25,122 nucleotides of DNA from a virus. Lineage: Duplodnaviria; Caudoviricetes. Each line of letters starts with the position of its first letter. Position 1 is the stretch's first letter. Below the pieces are notes generated by a model, which made no database searches, was not told the DNA's origin, and saw only the letters and a list, made by a program, of their open reading frames with translations. The translations under genes and the position numbers were made by a program. The stretch is taken from positions 1-25,122 of IMG/VR virus record IMGVR_UViG_3300050153_000004; one strand, 5' to 3'. Positions 7,135 to 16,266 of the stretch are shown one piece after another.

Positions 7135-7728
7135 TCACGAAAAGTTGAAAATCAGGGTCGTGTGCGCGGGCTTGATCCGTTGCAGCACGCAGCCCAGCAA
7201 AAAGCTGTCCCAGTTGGCCAGGGGGGCGTCGACCGTGCTGGTCACATCAAAGGCCGTGATCTTGTAGGCCGCCCCGTTGACCTGCCAGGCATGGGCCCAG
7301 CCCGCATCGGTCAGCGGAGCCGATACAGTGCTGCTCACGCTGTGGCGGCTGAACTCCGTGATCGTGATCGAGTAGCCCAGCGTTTGGGCTACGCCCACGA
7401 TGTAGTCAATCGACTGCCCACCCTGGTCGGTCAGCGCGTGCACCGCGGCACGCTGGCGCGCCTGCATCGTGGCGCCTGCGGTCGTGCCGCACAGGCCTGG
7501 CAGCCCCAGTGTTTGCTCCCACTGCGGCAACAGCTCGTAAGACGTGGCCGGGTTGGCATCAATCAGCAGGTCATAGGCCCGCCCCGCTGAGCGAGAAAAG
7601 GCCGCGGCCAGCCCCCGTATCACCTGGTGCTGCACCGTGCCCAGGTCCCGCGGCCAGGCCGCGCCAGGCGGCAGCAGGGCGTGCAAGGCCCCGGCCATGT
7701 CATCAGCCGTGAAATGTCGTGCGCTCAT
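7135..7728 (-). CDS. Baseplate protein, Mu gp48/YmfQ (DUF2313) family
   Basis: ALLPPGAAW, ELLPQWEQTLGLP, GGQSIDY and KPAHT motifs; gene order. Confidence 0.92.
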   Translation of the reverse strand: MSARHFTADDMAGALHALLPPGAAWPRDLGTVQHQVIRGLAAAFSRSAGRAYDLLIDANPATSYELLPQWEQTLGLPGLCGTTAGATMQARQRAAVHALTDQGGQSIDYIVGVAQTLGYSITITEFSRHSVSSTVSAPLTDAGWAHAWQVNGAAYKITAFDVTSTVDAPLANWDSFLLGCVLQRIKPAHTTLIFNFS

Positions 7729-7730
7729 GT

Positions 7731-8852
7731 TCAGGACCAGGTAATCGTGCCCAGCGTGTGGATCTGGCCCGCGCCAGCGGTCAGGTTGGCGGTGGGCGAG
7801 GCAATCACGAAGCCGGTCGTGTTGGCCACTGAGGCCACAGCCGCCTCGACGTCAGACAAGGCCACCGTGCCGCCCAGATCGCCCTTGGCCACCAGCACAC
7901 CAGCAATGGCCGCACTCACAGCAGTGCGTGTGGCAGCAGATGCGGCCAGTAAGCCGCTGATCGTGAAGTTGCAAGCATAGGCTGAGGGCGCCAGCACATA
8001 GACCAGCGCCGTCACGGGCCGCTGGGGGTAAATGGCATTGGCCACCAGCAGCTGGTCGCCCGTAGCGGGTATGTCGCGTGTCTCCAGCCCGGCCACGCCG
8101 TTGGTGCCCTGCGGGAAGCCCCCGTGCGCCGATTGCACGTCGTCCAGCATCACAAAAACTTGTACGGTGCCAGCGCCCATCACGCTGGTGGGGCACCAGG
8201 CGCGGGTAACGCCGGGCACCGATCGGGCCCAGGTCACATAATCGGCCGCAGCGCCACCGTGCACCGGGTTCTGAAAGGCGTTGAGCATGCGCTGGCGCAG
8301 CGATTCAACGGTCTCCAAATCGGCACCACCGGTGAACGCCACCGATACCACACCGCTGGAACTGATGCCAGCAATCGACTGCCCGAGGTTGAGTGCTGTG
8401 CCCACGTCCATGTCGCCCCAAGCCCCGCTCAAGCCCTCAGGGTCAGCATCAGCCCGGGCCATCACAGTCACGCTGCCAGCGCTCACGGTGGCGTCAGCGG
8501 TGGTGGTGAAGGTCTTGCCATCGGCGCGGGTCAATGGCGCGCCTGAGGACACCACCACGCCGTTTGCGCCAGTGAAGGTCACGCTGCCTGAGGCACGCGC
8601 CGGCAAGTTGCGAGACAAGCCCTTGAATGCCGCCCAGGCCTCCAGCCATTCATCTTCAGCGGTAATGGGCACCGCCTGGCGGCTGATGTAGTCCAAGAAT
8701 GCATAGTGCAGGTGGGCCAGGCTAGCCACCGAGGTGCCCAAAATGTTGAGGTTGCTGTGGCGCAGCAGCGGGTCAGCGCCGGGCAGCGCTTCGGCGATGT
8801 CTTGCGCCACCAGGGCCTTGAGCTCAGTGAGGGTCGGTCGGTCAAATGCCAT
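7731..8852 (-). CDS. Baseplate J-like wedge protein (Mu gp47)
   Basis: FDRPTLTEL, GGADLET..LRQR and GGAAADYVTWA..VPGVTRAW motifs. Confidence 0.95.
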   Translation of the reverse strand: MAFDRPTLTELKALVAQDIAEALPGADPLLRHSNLNILGTSVASLAHLHYAFLDYISRQAVPITAEDEWLEAWAAFKGLSRNLPARASGSVTFTGANGVVVSSGAPLTRADGKTFTTTADATVSAGSVTVMARADADPEGLSGAWGDMDVGTALNLGQSIAGISSSGVVSVAFTGGADLETVESLRQRMLNAFQNPVHGGAAADYVTWARSVPGVTRAWCPTSVMGAGTVQVFVMLDDVQSAHGGFPQGTNGVAGLETRDIPATGDQLLVANAIYPQRPVTALVYVLAPSAYACNFTISGLLAASAATRTAVSAAIAGVLVAKGDLGGTVALSDVEAAVASVANTTGFVIASPTANLTAGAGQIHTLGTITWS

Positions 8853-8855
8853 CGC

Positions 8856-9284
8856 TCAATTCCAGACCCATGCGTAGTGCATGGCTTGTTGTGTGCCGTC
8901 AGGCTTGTAGGCGGTCACCTTGGCGCCCAGCACGCCAGCGCGCACCCACTCGCAGGCAATATCGAAGCTGTCTACCACCAGGTCATCGAGCAACCACTGC
9001 AGGGCCTCAGCGATGTAGTCGCGCGCGCGCTGCAGGGTTTCGGGCTCTTGCTTGGCGCGGCGCAGCAGCCACAGGCGCGAGCCCAGCGGGCTTTGCGGGT
9101 CATCGGCCCACCAGCCCTTGGGGTCGTCCAGCCTGTAGGTGCTCACGTCATCAGGCGTGGCACGCCGGTCGGTGAAAATGCTCACCAGCACGGCAGAGGC
9201 CAGGTCATTGCCGGCCTGCAGCTGGCTGCCAGACATGGACCAGTCGCCCGAATCAGTGCGCCACACGGTTGTGATATCGCTCAT
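8856..9284 (-). CDS. Baseplate protein, Mu gp46 family
   Basis: AVLVSIFTDRRA, GWWAD, GSRLWLLRRAK and YIAEALQWL motifs. Confidence 0.95.
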   Translation of the reverse strand: MSDITTVWRTDSGDWSMSGSQLQAGNDLASAVLVSIFTDRRATPDDVSTYRLDDPKGWWADDPQSPLGSRLWLLRRAKQEPETLQRARDYIAEALQWLLDDLVVDSFDIACEWVRAGVLGAKVTAYKPDGTQQAMHYAWVWN

Positions 9285-9844
9285 GCCACGCCTCCAGAGT
9301 TGCTGCTGCCCGGCTGCACATTGGTGTGCGCGTGGTCGTGGTACTGCGCCCCGTTGATCGTCAAGCCGCTCGGCGCCGTGATCGCCACCGCGCCCCCTGA
9401 TACGGCCACCGAGGCCGTGCCTGCCTGTAGCGTGACGGTTGTGGTGGTCAGCAGCACCGAGGCGCCGGGTGTTTCCACCCGCACACTGGTCTGGGCATGC
9501 ACAGTCAAGGTGCCATCGGCATTGAGCAGCACCTTGCTGCCCGCGTTGTCGTAAACCACTGACGCACCGATTGGCAGCCCCCTGGGCCTGCTGGCCTGGT
9601 GCCCTGTGGCCGCCACCACGCCGTGCGAGTGGTCGCCGCCCAGCTTGGCCACCAAGGCATCAGAGCCCGCTGGCGGGTTGCTGCTGAACCCATACTCGGC
9701 CAGGCGCGGCATGAGGTCATGCACGTCGCCGCCCTGCATGGCCACCTGCACGGTCTGCACGGGGCCCGAATCGTCCACAAGCTTGATGCGGCCCCGCCCG
9801 ATCATCAGCAGCAGGCGGTTTCTCAGTCGGTCAAGGGTGTTCAT
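9281..9844 (-). CDS. Baseplate central spike, Mu gp45 family
   Basis: Start likely ATG 9844 (TGATG overlap). YGFSSNPP motif, beta-strand repeats and a C-terminal HxH apex (HDHAH). Confidence 0.93.
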   Translation of the reverse strand: MNTLDRLRNRLLLMIGRGRIKLVDDSGPVQTVQVAMQGGDVHDLMPRLAEYGFSSNPPAGSDALVAKLGGDHSHGVVAATGHQASRPRGLPIGASVVYDNAGSKVLLNADGTLTVHAQTSVRVETPGASVLLTTTTVTLQAGTASVAVSGGAVAITAPSGLTINGAQYHDHAHTNVQPGSSNSGGVA

Positions 9845-10914
9845 CAAGGCGCCTTTGCGGGGACCACATCCAGCCATCCGGGGTACGTAGCCGGTTGCAC
9901 ATCAAAGGCCTTGGGCGGCATCAGCAACAGCTCGCAATGCGTGCCAGAGGCGTCTGCGCTGTAGCTCACGTCACCGATCAGCAGGTCCTGCTTGGCCACC
10001 TTCAGGCTGGGCAGGTCCACCTCGATCAAGGTGTTCGGCTCGTACAGCTTGCCGGCCGAGTCGCGCCACACATCGGTTTTGACCCGAACCTGAAAGCTGC
10101 GGCCAGCGCGCCGGTTGGCCTCCCAGCGCGCACGCGACAGCATCACGTCTTCACCCATCGCTGGCGGCGCTTCTACGTGCACATACCGGTGCCGAAAGCG
10201 CGGCACGCCAGCATCCAACACGGCCTTGAGCAAGTTACCGCCTTCGCCCGCGTCTCGAAACAGGTCAACGCTCACCAAAAAGCTGTCGTATTTGCTGAAG
10301 CGCTCGTCCATCGCGTGGTAGGTGTAGGCCTCTTCAACGTTCACGCCTTCACGCAGGCCACTGGCCGCCCGCCTGGTGCTCACACGCTCCAGGTGCAGCG
10401 AGCCATCTGGCAGCTCATAGGCCAGAAAAGCCCGGTACCGGCACATGGTCTCAATGATCGAAAACGCCGACTCGCCCAACCCAAAGTTGAACATCGGGAT
10501 GGGCAAGCCCACGTCCTGGCCCCTGACACTCGACACACTGATCCCATACGGCTTTGCCAGCTTTTGTGCCACCTGCAGGATGTTGCTGTTGGTGATCTGG
10601 TTGCCCTCCCACAGCGCGGAGCAATCGACCAGGTCCTGGCACTTGCCACGGCCCGTAACCGTGATTTCGTGGGTACGGCCAGTCAGCGAGCGCATAACGC
10701 GGTCAACGTAGCCCGTCAGCACCACGTCTTTGCCCAGTAGCACCTGGCAGGGGTCGCCTGCTTGCACCACCACTTGCGAGGCCTGCCCGGGGTAGGACTC
10801 CGTCATGCGGATCTCGAAGTCATTCGGGCAGCGCTCAATGCCGCGCGTCACCCGAATGTCCATCCAGCCGCCGATCACGTACTTGGGCAGCTTCAACAGC
10901 AGTTCATCGGCCAT
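9844..10914 (-). CDS. Baseplate hub protein, Mu gp44/P family
   Basis: GWMDIRVTRGIE, VLTGYVD, GRGKCQDLVDCS and WRDSAGKLYEPN motifs. Confidence 0.93.
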   Translation of the reverse strand: MADELLLKLPKYVIGGWMDIRVTRGIERCPNDFEIRMTESYPGQASQVVVQAGDPCQVLLGKDVVLTGYVDRVMRSLTGRTHEITVTGRGKCQDLVDCSALWEGNQITNSNILQVAQKLAKPYGISVSSVRGQDVGLPIPMFNFGLGESAFSIIETMCRYRAFLAYELPDGSLHLERVSTRRAASGLREGVNVEEAYTYHAMDERFSKYDSFLVSVDLFRDAGEGGNLLKAVLDAGVPRFRHRYVHVEAPPAMGEDVMLSRARWEANRRAGRSFQVRVKTDVWRDSAGKLYEPNTLIEVDLPSLKVAKQDLLIGDVSYSADASGTHCELLLMPPKAFDVQPATYPGWLDVVPAKAP

Positions 10915-10937
10915 CCATGTACCCCGTTAACGAAACT

Positions 10938-12398
10938 TCAGCGCACGCCGTCCGTGGGCATCGCAAAGGCCACACGACTGCCATTGCCGCCCTGCACCTT
11001 GGCGTTCAGCGTCACACCCTTGAGCGCCGCCGCAATGGCCTGGGCCAGCTCTTGCGGGTTGATGCCTGCCGCCACCTTGCCTTGTTCTTGCACCAGCATG
11101 GCCTGCATCACGGCCTGCAGCTGGGCAGGGTCGTTCAAGTTCAGCTGCTGGTTGGCACCAAAGCCTGTGCGCTTTGACACGTTGGCGATGTAGGCCGCCG
11201 TGTTGTTCTCATTGGGCGGCGCATACTTGCTCACGATGCCGCCAATGGTGTCCAGGTGGTCGCGGTTGTAGTACAGCCCCAGCTGCCCAGCCATGGCCTG
11301 AAGGCCCTGCTGCGAACTCATGAAGCGCTGAAACCCCACGCCCCCCGGGGTGCGCAGGTTGCCGGGGTTGTTGAGTTTGAAGCTCTGGCCAGAAGAGCGC
11401 TCGTCAACCACGCGGCCGCTGCTGACCGGGTCAACCCAGCCCGGCGTGCCCATGGCCTCGCCAAGCTGAAACACGTCTGACATCATTTTGAAAGGTGACA
11501 GCGGGTGCTCCATAAAACCCGGGTCCTTGCCCTGGCTTTCCTGGTCCTTCTTGAACCGGTCGTTGATGAAGTCGATGCCTGACTGAAACGCTGGCATCAG
11601 TTCCTTGCCGATCTGGTTCGTCAGGCCGTCCAGGTTCCCTTTGAGCAGGTCCACACTGCGGTCAAACTCCGTGGCGCTTTTGACCGTGTCGTCTCCCAGC
11701 ACCATGCCGGCCTTCTCGGCCTTGCTGGCAAAGTCTTCAAGGTTCTTTGCGCCACCGCGCAAGAGCGGGAACAGGTCACCAATGCCCAGCTGATTCAAGA
11801 TGGCGGCAGCGGTGGCCGGGTTCTTCTGCGCTGCCACCGCGTCAGCCAGCTTGGGCAGCATGGCGCCCACATCAGGCGTGCCATCGGCCTTCAGCGTGGG
11901 CTTGACGCCCAGCTTCTGGAACAGCATGGCCAGTTGCGGGTCAAACTGCGCGTTGCGCATGGTGTCGGACAGTGACGACAAGCCACCGTCGACCGATTCA
12001 CTATTGAGCCCCAGCAGCTTGGCTGCCCCCCGGTAGCGCTGGATCACGCCACCCGACACGCCCGTGCGCGCACCCAACCTGCTCACGCGCGAGCCAGCCG
12101 CGCCCAGGTTGGCCTCCATCTTGGCCATCATTGCCACCAGGGCCGCAGCGCCAAATCCGCCCGCAGCGCCTGCCATCAAGGGGCTGCTGATACCGAACTT
12201 CTCGGCCATCTTGGCAATGCCAGCAACGCCACGCCCAGCCTTGTCCAGGTGCAGCTCTTTGCCCAAGCTCTTGGCCGAGCGCTCAAGCTGCTTCATCGGC
12301 CGCAACATCTTTTCGAGGTTGCGATTGATCTTTGCGATCGGCTTTGATGCCCCGTCCACCGCACTGATGACGATGTCGAACTTGTTTTGCTGGGCCAT
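10938..12398 (-). CDS. Tape measure protein with C-terminal lysozyme-like (NNPGNLR) domain
   Basis: N-terminal FDIVISAVDGASKP typical of myophage TMPs, an Ala/Gly/Leu-rich helical body with a hydrophobic segment, and C-terminal NNPGNLR...YAPPNENNTAAYI. Confidence 0.82.
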   Translation of the reverse strand: MAQQNKFDIVISAVDGASKPIAKINRNLEKMLRPMKQLERSAKSLGKELHLDKAGRGVAGIAKMAEKFGISSPLMAGAAGGFGAAALVAMMAKMEANLGAAGSRVSRLGARTGVSGGVIQRYRGAAKLLGLNSESVDGGLSSLSDTMRNAQFDPQLAMLFQKLGVKPTLKADGTPDVGAMLPKLADAVAAQKNPATAAAILNQLGIGDLFPLLRGGAKNLEDFASKAEKAGMVLGDDTVKSATEFDRSVDLLKGNLDGLTNQIGKELMPAFQSGIDFINDRFKKDQESQGKDPGFMEHPLSPFKMMSDVFQLGEAMGTPGWVDPVSSGRVVDERSSGQSFKLNNPGNLRTPGGVGFQRFMSSQQGLQAMAGQLGLYYNRDHLDTIGGIVSKYAPPNENNTAAYIANVSKRTGFGANQQLNLNDPAQLQAVMQAMLVQEQGKVAAGINPQELAQAIAAALKGVTLNAKVQGGNGSRVAFAMPTDGVR

Positions 12399-12401
12399 GG
12401 C

Positions 12402-13721
12402 TTAGCTCGAAAGCACCTTGATGATGGTCGGCATGAATGCCGGGTGAACGGGCGCAGCTTCGGCGATCAGCTCATCTGATCGGCTGGCATCACCATACAA
12501 GCGGTAGGCCAGCACCAGCGATGGCACAGGCGCCTGGGTGCGCACCGTCATCAACGTGGGCAGCTGCGCCGCACGGGTGTTGAGATCTTCCACCACGGCA
12601 GCCCGCAGGGCCTTGAGCGCCGTGTAGACGGCGTCGTCGCCACTGTCGCCCGCGCTGTCAATCTCGGCCTGCAAGGCGCTGGCCACCATGGTGCGCACCT
12701 GGGCTGCATCGGCTGCAGAGCTGGGCTGGTAGTCCGCCGTGAGGTTCGCCGCAGCAATCACCTGCGCGCGCCTAAACAAGGCCTTGCTGGCCTCGTTCGC
12801 CTGCGACACCTGGGCACCCGCCGGGTAAGACGTGGTCGACGCCTGGGGCGACGATTCAAGAAGCGCCCCCATGGTCGACATGCCGACCAGATTGCGCAGC
12901 CAATCCTTGCTCAGCGTGCCGGTCAGGGCTGCAGCGCCCACAGCATTGACTACCGAGGCCGCGTACTTGCCCACCGTGGTGCCATCGAGCACCGAGGTGG
13001 CCACTTGCAGCTCATCCAGCGCCAGGCGCAGGGCTGCGGTGCTGGTGCGGCCACGGATCAAATCGCCCGCAATGGCAGATGCTGCTAGGCTGAGCCGACC
13101 AGGTTGCAAACCGATCGAGGTCCCCAGTTTGTCCAGAGCCGACATGGCCGAGGCCGTGACGTCGCTCACCTTGGCCAAGGCGGCCTGGCCAGCAGCCAAA
13201 GCGCCAGCCATGGCCGCGCCAAAAGATCCCAACACCGCCAACTGCGCCAGGCCTACCTTGGCTTTGGTTTTCGCCCCTGTGGAGTTGATCGCCGCAGGGT
13301 AGACCTGAGCACCTTGCTGAACGAACGTAAACAGCAGCTCGAAGTAGCGCCCACGGTCCTTGCGTTCGTGGCAGCGCAAGTCCAGCAGTGCGACCTTGCG
13401 CGTGCCCAGGGTGGGGTGCACCAGCTCGCCATCCGCCTTTTCATCCGCCAGCTTGGTCAGCTTGTCGCGCTGGGCAATGACATCATCACCAAAAATGAAC
13501 CCGCGGACCTGAAACCGCTTGGCTGCCTGACCAAGGTCTTCGACCCAGGGCAGGTCTCGGAATGGGTACTCGTGGACCGCATTGCGGCGCCCGAAAGACG
13601 CAGAGGTGTCCTCGACCACGAACTTAAAGCCACGCCAGCTGGCAGGCCGCACCTGTGACCAGAAGGTGGCAGGCTTGGCCAGCCCGGTCAGTGCACTGAC
13701 AGTCGAAAGCACATCAGCCAT
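12402..13721 (-). CDS. DNA circulation/circularisation protein (Mu gp43/N family)
   Basis: ASWRGFKF..GRRNAVHEYPFRD.PWVEDLG (DNA_circ_N) and C-terminal PSLVLAYRLYGD..R..E...HPAFMP. Confidence 0.95.
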   Translation of the reverse strand: MADVLSTVSALTGLAKPATFWSQVRPASWRGFKFVVEDTSASFGRRNAVHEYPFRDLPWVEDLGQAAKRFQVRGFIFGDDVIAQRDKLTKLADEKADGELVHPTLGTRKVALLDLRCHERKDRGRYFELLFTFVQQGAQVYPAAINSTGAKTKAKVGLAQLAVLGSFGAAMAGALAAGQAALAKVSDVTASAMSALDKLGTSIGLQPGRLSLAASAIAGDLIRGRTSTAALRLALDELQVATSVLDGTTVGKYAASVVNAVGAAALTGTLSKDWLRNLVGMSTMGALLESSPQASTTSYPAGAQVSQANEASKALFRRAQVIAAANLTADYQPSSAADAAQVRTMVASALQAEIDSAGDSGDDAVYTALKALRAAVVEDLNTRAAQLPTLMTVRTQAPVPSLVLAYRLYGDASRSDELIAEAAPVHPAFMPTIIKVLSS

Positions 13722-13878
13722 GGTTACCCATCAATCTGTCGTGATGATCCAGCCACCAGGCCAGCTCGGTCGGCGCCAGGCGCCACAGTTCACTCGGCGG
13801 CCAGCCCTGCACTAGGCTCAGGTTTGCACCTCGCTCGGCGAGCTGCTCGAAGCATCCTCCGAGAACTGGCCGAAAAAA
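13714..13878 (-). CDS. -1 frameshift extension of the tail assembly chaperone (P2 E'-like part)
   Basis: Slippery T TTT TTC at 13878-13872. The -1 frame reads FRPVLGGCFEQLAERGANLSLVQGWPPSELWRLAPTELAWWLDHHDRLMGNHG* and stops at 13714-13716. WPPSEL...EL.WW matches the P2 GpE-family motif. Confidence 0.8.
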   Translation of the reverse strand, partial: FFRPVLGGCFEQLAERGANLSLVQGWPPSELWRLAPTELAWWLDHHDRLMGNHG

Positions 13879-14123
13879 CGCCCGCACTCCTCAACCGTAC
13901 GCTGGGGCAGTTGGTCGACAACAGCCAGGGGCATCCCGCAAACCAGCTGAATCAGCTTGGTCAGCACATCAAGGTTTGTGCCGGCGCGGTGGGCTTGCTT
14001 GAGCTCGCCCATCAGGGGCTCACGCAGCTTCAGCTCGTTGTAGGTGATGGCTGCGTCACCGCTGCCAATCACCACCGGCTTGGCCAGCGTGATCCTCTTC
14101 TCTTCAATGATCGACATCGTCAA
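13818..14123 (-). CDS. Tail assembly chaperone (Mu gp41/P2 gpE family)
   Basis: ITLAKPV...ELKLREP..G...QLP..FF motif; follows the tail tube gene. Confidence 0.88.
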   Translation of the reverse strand: MTMSIIEEKRITLAKPVVIGSGDAAITYNELKLREPLMGELKQAHRAGTNLDVLTKLIQLVCGMPLAVVDQLPQRTVEECGRFFGQFSEDASSSSPSEVQT

Positions 14124-14488
14124 GCCTCTTCAACGTGCTTGCCTTCGAACTTGACCTGAAAGGTCGCATCGGCGGCGTTGACTTCTTGCGCATCCACTGA
14201 CCACATATTGCGGCCCGTGATCATCTTGCCGTTGGCCAGCTCCAGCACCACGGTCACATTTGTCATGGCATTGATCGAGGCCACAGACAAGGTGCGCGCA
14301 TCACGCAGCGTGGCGCCGATCGCGCCAGCCACGCGCTTCTCGGCGTAGCCATGCACATCGTCCATGCCATCCAAAGTCTCACGCGAGACCTTGGAGACAC
14401 GGTAGGTGGGCTCACCCGCCAGCATGTAGCTTTGCCCGTCGATGTAGATATACGCTACACCGGCAAGGCGATTGGTATCGTCAGCCAT
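14120..14488 (-). CDS. Tail tube protein (Mu gpM family)
   Basis: RLAGVAYIYIDG, RETL.GMD.VHGY.E, ELANGK and VKFEG motifs; follows the sheath gene. Confidence 0.93.
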   Translation of the reverse strand: MADDTNRLAGVAYIYIDGQSYMLAGEPTYRVSKVSRETLDGMDDVHGYAEKRVAGAIGATLRDARTLSVASINAMTNVTVVLELANGKMITGRNMWSVDAQEVNAADATFQVKFEGKHVEEA

Positions 14489-14528
14489 ACGGCCTCCTTC
14501 AAGTAGGGCGAGCGCCCCGTGTCATGGG

Positions 14529-16013
14529 TCAGGCTTGCAGGCGGAACTGGGCGAGCAGCGCGAAGATGTCCAGCTGGTTGATCAGGATCACCGGGTACAG
14601 CACGTCAACGCGGTTGGGGTTGCTGGTGCTCTTTTGCACGATCAGGCCCTCCTTGAACGCGTCACCGTTTTGCACGTAGGCCGCAGCCTCGAGTTCGCGA
14701 TATTGAGCGATCAGGTCTGAGCGGATCACGTTGGGCGTCACCACGTTCGCACCAGGCCCGAAGCGCGTGCCGTTGTCGGCCAGCTTCACCCGTGCGTATT
14801 TGCTGGTCACCACCGTGCGCAGGGCCCGCAGCACAAAAGCCAGCAGGAACATGGTCTCCACCTTCAGGTAGCTGTCGTCAGCGTTGCCAAAGGCGTTCTT
14901 TTGGTAAGTCGTGATCAGGTTGTCGATGTAGACCGTGCCGTCGTCGCCCACCACGCAGGTGCTGATGCCATCGAACAGCAAGGTGTTTCGATCGCTCAGC
15001 GCAAAACGCGACTGAACAGGCGGAGGCAGCACACCGGGGATAACCAGTGCGTGCAGCGGCGTTCCAGGGTCAGCACGCAGGCTCACTGCAGCGGCACCAG
15101 TGAGCGCGGCAGCCCAGATGAATGCCGGTGTGGGGCTGTCATAGACACCCATCACCGTGCCGTGTTGATCGTTGCGCGAGGTGCCGAAGGTCGTCAGGGT
15201 GCCAAGCGTGCCCGCGCGAGCGGCAAAGAAGTGCCCGTAGCTCTGAGTGGTCCAGCTCCAGCGGCCCACCGTGTCAGCCAAGAACGCTTTGAGCGCATCC
15301 AGGCTGATGCTGTCGGTGTAGGGGCACACGATGAAGTCAAAAGTCTTGGCGCCCAGGTTGGCCAGGCCTGTAGTCAGGCTGGGGTTGGTAGCACCGCCGA
15401 CCATGGCCACGATGGTGTACGTCAGACCAGGCACAGGCGTCTCGCCGGCCAGCTGGCCGCCGTAGTTCACCCGCACGTCGATCTCGTTGCCGGCCAAGCC
15501 CTTGTTCACGGCCGTGAAGGTCACCGTGTTGGTGCTGCTCGACGCATTGACTGGGCAAGCCGCATCGGCATTGATCAGCGCTGCCAAAGCGGTCGCCAGC
15601 TGGGCTGTGGTCTGCGTGGTGGCCACCGGCAGGGCGTAACGGCCACCTGCCACATACACGTTCAGCGTGCCGTTGGCCGTGGCTGGCGAGTTGAACGCAA
15701 AGGTGCCCGTGGCGGCAGTGGCTGAAGCATCGTCAGCCAGCGGCAGGTACCAAACCTCGCCGAAGTTATCTGCCTTGCGATAGGCTGCCGTCAGCAGCGC
15801 CAGCATGGAGTCCTGCCCGCCCTGGGTGGCCGCATCAGCCACGCCCTGGCAGATGATGGGCACATTAGGCACCGCGGTACCACCCGAGGTGATCTGGCCA
15901 ATGATCAGCGTGCGCTGCACGGCCTGGGCCGTGTTGGCACGCGAGTTGTCCACCTCGGCGTAAAAGAGGGGCACGCGCAGGTTCTGCGGGATGTTCTTGA
16001 AGTTGATCGACAT
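14529..16013 (-). CDS. Contractile tail sheath protein (Mu gpL family)
   Basis: IPQNLRVPLFYAEVDNS, LLFDGIST, ITTYQKNAFG..DDSYL and NPNRVDVL.P..LINQL..FA motifs. Confidence 0.97.
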   Translation of the reverse strand: MSINFKNIPQNLRVPLFYAEVDNSRANTAQAVQRTLIIGQITSGGTAVPNVPIICQGVADAATQGGQDSMLALLTAAYRKADNFGEVWYLPLADDASATAATGTFAFNSPATANGTLNVYVAGGRYALPVATTQTTAQLATALAALINADAACPVNASSSTNTVTFTAVNKGLAGNEIDVRVNYGGQLAGETPVPGLTYTIVAMVGGATNPSLTTGLANLGAKTFDFIVCPYTDSISLDALKAFLADTVGRWSWTTQSYGHFFAARAGTLGTLTTFGTSRNDQHGTVMGVYDSPTPAFIWAAALTGAAAVSLRADPGTPLHALVIPGVLPPPVQSRFALSDRNTLLFDGISTCVVGDDGTVYIDNLITTYQKNAFGNADDSYLKVETMFLLAFVLRALRTVVTSKYARVKLADNGTRFGPGANVVTPNVIRSDLIAQYRELEAAAYVQNGDAFKEGLIVQKSTSNPNRVDVLYPVILINQLDIFALLAQFRLQA

Positions 16014-16028
16014 GGCGACTCCAGAATT

Positions 16029-16055
16029 AAAAAAGCCCGCTCAGGTGGCGGGCTT
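16029..16055 (-). terminator. Intrinsic-terminator-like hairpin immediately upstream of the sheath RBS
   Basis: Minus strand reads AAGCCCGC-CACCTGA-GCGGGCTT then TTTTAATT, followed by GGAG and ATG 16013. Confidence 0.7.
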
Positions 16056-16074
16056 CGGTGTGGGGCGGCGTCGC

Positions 16075-16257
16075 TCAGGTGGCGGGCTGCTCGGCGGCGG
16101 GCTGTTCAAGGGGCACCTCCACCACATCCAGGTCGCGCAGGCGGCGCGCCCAGTAGTCGTTCATCTCGACCACGCGGCCATCGGTCTCGATGAAGTCGCG
16201 CAGCAACGGGTCGCGGATGACCAGGCCATCGGCCGGCTTGACTTTGATGATCTGCAT
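16075..16257 (-). CDS. DUF2635 / Mu gp38-like small protein
   Basis: VKPADG..IRDP...G..V....YWARRLRD.DVV motif; precedes the sheath gene. Confidence 0.9.
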   Translation of the reverse strand: MQIIKVKPADGLVIRDPLLRDFIETDGRVVEMNDYWARRLRDLDVVEVPLEQPAAEQPAT

Positions 16258-16266
16258 GGAATGCCC

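Noticed and set aside
14504-14520. Small GGGC/GCCC hairpin between the sheath and tube genes
   Set aside because: The stem is too short and has no U-tract, so no function can be supported.
7135-16013. Tailocin or extracellular contractile injection system
   Set aside because: A full head and packaging module is contiguous with the tail genes, so this is a phage.
1470-16055. Repeated GCCCGC hairpins as CRISPR repeats, REP elements or integron attC sites
   Set aside because: They are kilobases apart with no regular spacers, have one-sided U-tracts typical of terminators, and no cas or integrase gene is present.
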